DNA of 64,000 nucleotides from Escherichia coli (GTDB lineage Bacteria; Pseudomonadota; Gammaproteobacteria; Enterobacterales; Enterobacteriaceae): NCBI RefSeq assembly GCF_041248615.1, contig NZ_CP158426.1; one strand, 5' to 3'. Shown piece by piece: positions 60,865 to 64,000 of this stretch (position 1 is its first letter; each line of letters starts with the position of its first letter). The notes under the pieces were generated by a model. It saw only the letters and a program-made list of their open reading frames with translations, ran no database searches and was not told where the DNA came from. The position numbers and the translations under genes were made by a program.

Positions 60865-61134
60865 ATGAAATCCACCACAGGTATCAACCAGCAAATCAGC
60901 AAAGTGCAGTCAGCCATTATGGCGCTTAAGGCGACGAACACGGATGTACAAAGCATCACCATCAGGGGTAACAAACCTGTCATCCGCGTTTCCCGGAGTG
61001 CGCATTGCATGCGCATGCTTGAGCAGGGAAAGGCCTGTTATCTGTATACCGGACATGACCACAGGGGATATTTCCGTCAGGGCGTTTTCGAACTGCACGG
61101 CTGTCGCGTCGTGTGGCCGGAATCTTTGTGGTAA
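60865..61134 (+). CDS. Hypothetical early protein
   Basis: 89 aa, RBS AAGGAG. Confidence 0.45.
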   Translation: MKSTTGINQQISKVQSAIMALKATNTDVQSITIRGNKPVIRVSRSAHCMRMLEQGKACYLYTGHDHRGYFRQGVFELHGCRVVWPESLW

Positions 61135-61161
61135 TCAGCACAACCGGAGAAATCATAAAAT

Positions 61162-61692
61162 ATGGCAAAAAGTACAAAAGGGGCAAAACGTATCAAGGCC
61201 GCAGCGGCACTCTGGGTACCAGGGACACGCGAAGAGGTCATTGAGGGAATCAGACTACTCGGTGACGCACAACGTGAACTGGTCAGGGCTGAAACAGAAA
61301 TGAATGACGCCATTGGCGATATCACCGCACGTTATGCCCCGCTCACCGAGAGCCTGAAAAAACGCATGGCCGAACTGCAGTCCGGTATCCAGACATGGTG
61401 TGAGGCGCACCGTGATGAACTGACCGGCAACGGGAAGGTGAAGTTCGCTAACCTTACCACCGGCGAGGTGCAGTGGCGAAACCGTCCGCCATCAGTCAGT
61501 ATCCGTGGGGCGGATAATGTTATTGAATTACTGAGACGTCTGGGGCTTGAGCGCTTTATTCGTGTAAAAGAGGAAATAAATAAAGACGCTATCCTGAATG
61601 AAAAAGAGGCCGTGAAAAATATTCCCGGTATTTCCATTAAAAGCGACATTGAGGATTTTTCAATAATTCCTTTTGAGCAGGATGTGCAGTAA
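61162..61692 (+). CDS. gam: Gam-like host-nuclease inhibitor (DNA end-binding)
   Basis: 176 aa; N-terminus MAKSTKGAKRIKAAAALWVP and C-terminus GISIKSDIEDFSIIPFEQ resemble Mu Gam as recalled. Confidence 0.85.
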   Translation: MAKSTKGAKRIKAAAALWVPGTREEVIEGIRLLGDAQRELVRAETEMNDAIGDITARYAPLTESLKKRMAELQSGIQTWCEAHRDELTGNGKVKFANLTTGEVQWRNRPPSVSIRGADNVIELLRRLGLERFIRVKEEINKDAILNEKEAVKNIPGISIKSDIEDFSIIPFEQDVQ

Positions 61693-61789
61693 ACACACCA
61701 CGTTAATTATTTAATAAAAACATTTTCTTTTTTATTCCGGCGTCAGCGCCGCGGGCTTCTGCACGCCGGAAACAGAGGAGAATTAAATC

Positions 61790-61984
61790 ATGATATTTAA
61801 ATGTATTCAGTGCGAGAGGGATATAACAGCCCTGCGTTTTCACAGCGCCATCGCCGTGATGTCCGGTAAATACCACATCCCTGCGGTACGCGTCACCCTG
61901 GTCTGCCCGTACTGCAGCCAGCATTTTTCGGCAGACGTGCCCGTCATGGAATTCTCCCGCCCTGACAGGGAGGACTCGCAATGA
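61790..61984 (+). CDS. Small zinc-ribbon protein
   Basis: 64 aa with CxxC...CxxC. Confidence 0.45.
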   Translation: MIFKCIQCERDITALRFHSAIAVMSGKYHIPAVRVTLVCPYCSQHFSADVPVMEFSRPDREDSQ

Positions 61985-62253
61985 TTACCCCACAGGAAGC
62001 ACGACAGCGCACCCGAACCCTTGTTGAACACTATGTCAACGAGTGTGAATGCCGCGACCTCACCGATGTGAAGCACGTCCTGACGGCGCTAATCAGCATG
62101 ACCACACAGGCCATTGTGGCAACCAACGGAAAGGCGGCTGCCCTGCAGGTACTGATGAACACACTCACCCACACGGCAGAGCATGAGGTGCCGTACCGGA
62201 TGGAAACCACTGCAGAAGGCGGCCTGCACATCACCGTCAGCCGGAAGCACTGA
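61981..62253 (+). CDS. Hypothetical early protein
   Basis: 90 aa, translationally coupled. Confidence 0.45.
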   Translation: MITPQEARQRTRTLVEHYVNECECRDLTDVKHVLTALISMTTQAIVATNGKAAALQVLMNTLTHTAEHEVPYRMETTAEGGLHITVSRKH

Positions 62254-62262
62254 GGGCGCGGC

Positions 62263-62559
62263 ATGACACGGAACACCATACTCACCCGCACCGCCCTCTA
62301 CCGTCTGGCCCTGCAGCGTTTCGGGCCGGACGCACAGGCCCTGAAACTGACAGAAGAGGCCGCTGAACTGGCGGCCAGTGCTGCCCGCAATCTGAACGGA
62401 CAGGGCAGCGAAAGCGACCTCGCGGCAGAGCTGGCAGACGTGGAAATCATGACAGAGCAATTGCGCCTTCAGGGGATGGACCGGCTGATTGACTTCCACA
62501 AACAGAAAAAACTGGAACGTCTGGCTGCACGACTGGGCGTGATTTACACGAACGAGTAA
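62263..62559 (+). CDS. MazG-like all-alpha nucleotide pyrophosphohydrolase domain protein
   Basis: 98 aa; acidic helix pairs EEAAELAAS and ELADVEIMTEQL typical of MazG/HisE-type NTP-PPase. Confidence 0.5.
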   Translation: MTRNTILTRTALYRLALQRFGPDAQALKLTEEAAELAASAARNLNGQGSESDLAAELADVEIMTEQLRLQGMDRLIDFHKQKKLERLAARLGVIYTNE

Positions 62560-62573
62560 CCGGGAGGCATTCA

Positions 62574-62789
62574 ATGGCTGACATACTCAGGGAAATCACC
62601 GCATGGATACTGATTCTTACTGGCCTGGCGACATGCCTCAGTGCGGGGGCAGCCCTGGCTGCCCTGCTGATGCACATAACAACACAGTGGTTATGGGAAA
62701 AGCTTAAAGCAGCATACAGCCTGAAAGAGCTGTCCGACGCTGTCCGGGCATGGAAACGGCAGAAAAATACCGGAGATACAGAACAATGA
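62574..62789 (+). CDS. Small membrane protein
   Basis: 71 aa, one TM helix. Confidence 0.4.
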   Translation: MADILREITAWILILTGLATCLSAGAALAALLMHITTQWLWEKLKAAYSLKELSDAVRAWKRQKNTGDTEQ

Positions 62790-63469
62790 CAGACCAGAAT
62801 AAACACATTGAGAAACTGAAAAAGTTGCTGGCGCTGGCCGCATCCGGCAACCCGCACGAGGCCGCTCTGGCACTGCGCCGAGCCCGTAAACTGATGGATG
62901 TTCACGGCATCACACATTCCGACATTGCTATGAGTGATATTGATGAAACCATCAGTCACTACTGGCCGACAGGCAGTCTCCGTCCACCGCGCTACATGCC
63001 AGGCCTGATGAACATCATCCGCGAGGTATTTGGTGTTAACTCCATCATTCACCCCGGCACGCATCCGTCTGTGGGGTTCTACGGCAACCGGGAACGTGCG
63101 GCACTGGCTGTATACACCTGGGAAGTGCTGGCCCGTCAGCTGAAAAAGGCGCGTCAGCAGTATATCAGTGCACAGAACAAAAGAATAAAAACCGCCACCC
63201 GCACCAGCCGTGGAGACCAGTTTGCCGAAGGCTGGGTGCTGGCCGTTATCAGTGAAATACAGTCCTTTGCCCTGACCGATGATGAGCGTGAACTGATGCA
63301 GCAGTGGCTGGAACATAAATACCCGCAGACGCAAACCACCAGGGCGCGTAAACCGGGAAGAAGCCGCAATGGCGACGCCTCGCGCTATGCGGGGTTTCGT
63401 GAAGGGCAGAACGTCAGACTGCACCGCCCGGTCAGTGGGCAGGAACAACAGAAACTGGAGGCCAGATGA
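62786..63469 (+). CDS. DUF2786-like phage protein
   Basis: 227 aa; N-terminal KLLALAASGNPHEAALALRRARKLM motif. Confidence 0.5.
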   Translation: MTDQNKHIEKLKKLLALAASGNPHEAALALRRARKLMDVHGITHSDIAMSDIDETISHYWPTGSLRPPRYMPGLMNIIREVFGVNSIIHPGTHPSVGFYGNRERAALAVYTWEVLARQLKKARQQYISAQNKRIKTATRTSRGDQFAEGWVLAVISEIQSFALTDDERELMQQWLEHKYPQTQTTRARKPGRSRNGDASRYAGFREGQNVRLHRPVSGQEQQKLEAR

Positions 63470-63696
63470 TTACGCTATCAGGTAACAGCCGGAAATTAAA
63501 AGCCTGCCGAATATCTGCCAGATACCTTTTTGCCCGCGCCTTTTTTAAGAACGTCAGGCCGGGGATCACAATTGGTGTTATTGCCGGACGCGAACAGGTT
63601 GAAAAATACATGTCAGGTGCATGGTGGAATAACGACCCTGTCATTGCTGCCCGTAATATTCATATCAGTTGGGGGGATATTCAGAATGACTGCTGA
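63466..63696 (+). CDS. Hypothetical early protein
   Basis: 76 aa, start overlaps upstream stop. Confidence 0.4.
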   Translation: MITLSGNSRKLKACRISARYLFARAFFKNVRPGITIGVIAGREQVEKYMSGAWWNNDPVIAARNIHISWGDIQNDC

Positions 63697-63901
63697 ATCT
63701 GTTGTATGTGCCCTGTTCTGGTATTGTTTTGTCGGTTGGTGTACTGCTGAACTGCACCGCCTTTCAGGGTTTTATTCACGTTACAGTGGTGCCAGCTACT
63801 GGATTAGCTGGTCGGTGATGTTCCTGTGCTGGCCTGTGGCGCTTCCTTTATATGTCGATTATATCGGTGGCGCAGGTAAAAGGAGCAACGATGATGACTA
63901 A
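63686..63901 (+). CDS. Small membrane protein
   Basis: 71 aa, hydrophobic, Trp/Cys-rich. Confidence 0.4.
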   Translation: MTAESVVCALFWYCFVGWCTAELHRLSGFYSRYSGASYWISWSVMFLCWPVALPLYVDYIGGAGKRSNDDD

Positions 63902-64000
63902 ACAACGTCTTATCCAGCTCATTCATATTGCCCGTAATGAACTGGGTATGGATGAAGACACCTACCGCCAGATGTTACAGGGGCTGACCGGTAAAGCCTC
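63891..64000 (+). CDS. Partial ORF (3' end outside window) whose N-terminus resembles the Mu gp16/GemA family
   Basis: MMTKQRLIQLIHIARNELGMDEDTYRQMLQGLTGKAS; only 36 codons in window; RBS AAGGAG. Confidence 0.35.
   Translation, partial: MMTKQRLIQLIHIARNELGMDEDTYRQMLQGLTGKA

Larger units (their letters stand above)
28401..64000 (-). mobile_element. Mu-like transposable prophage (right end about 28401; other end beyond window)
   Basis: DDE transposase, AAA+ B protein, Gam, Mu-type head/tail order, invertible tail-fibre segment with Gin-family invertase; terminal sequence TGATGCGCCGCGCGATAAATGC... resembles the Mu right end as recalled. Confidence 0.8.

Overview
The first 26.7 kb is an Escherichia coli-type chromosomal segment in reverse order relative to K-12 numbering (gene calls rest on my recall of E. 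coli proteins, not on a search): yjjX (partial), trpR, slt, ettA, nadR, radA, serB, ytjB, lplA, deoDBAC, yjjI, yjjW, yjjV, yjjU, ytjA, osmY, prfC. It carries two strain-specific differences from K-12: a 4.3 kb islet between ettA and nadR (LysR regulator, aldo-keto reductase, SDR, SRPBCC, DUF1471 protein, OYE gene fragment), and an AT-rich 450 bp segment with a small HTH ORF where K-12 has yjjJ. After prfC comes a short islet (LexA-box dinI-like gene, AT-rich spacer, LuxR-type HTH gene, YadA-like adhesin 3' fragment). From about 28401 to the window end lies a Mu-like transposable prophage. Its late arm (invertase, invertible tail-fibre segment, tail, head, terminase, lysis) is on the minus strand. 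Its immunity and early arm (repressor, DDE transposase, AAA+ B protein, Gam, and a partial ORF whose N-terminus resembles Mu gp16/GemA) is on the plus strand and runs off the window. Between the two arms sits a cargo cassette (P-loop NTPase, two unknown small proteins, orphan Dam-like methyltransferase), which is my best candidate for an undescribed accessory or defence-related system. Other notable points: a putative Mu-like terminus at 28401 abutting the truncated adhesin gene, an invertase split by a frameshift in an A8/T8 tract, an asymmetric invertible segment with one chaperone gene, and early and late arms that diverge rather than run collinear as in Mu. No rRNA, tRNA or CRISPR array was seen.
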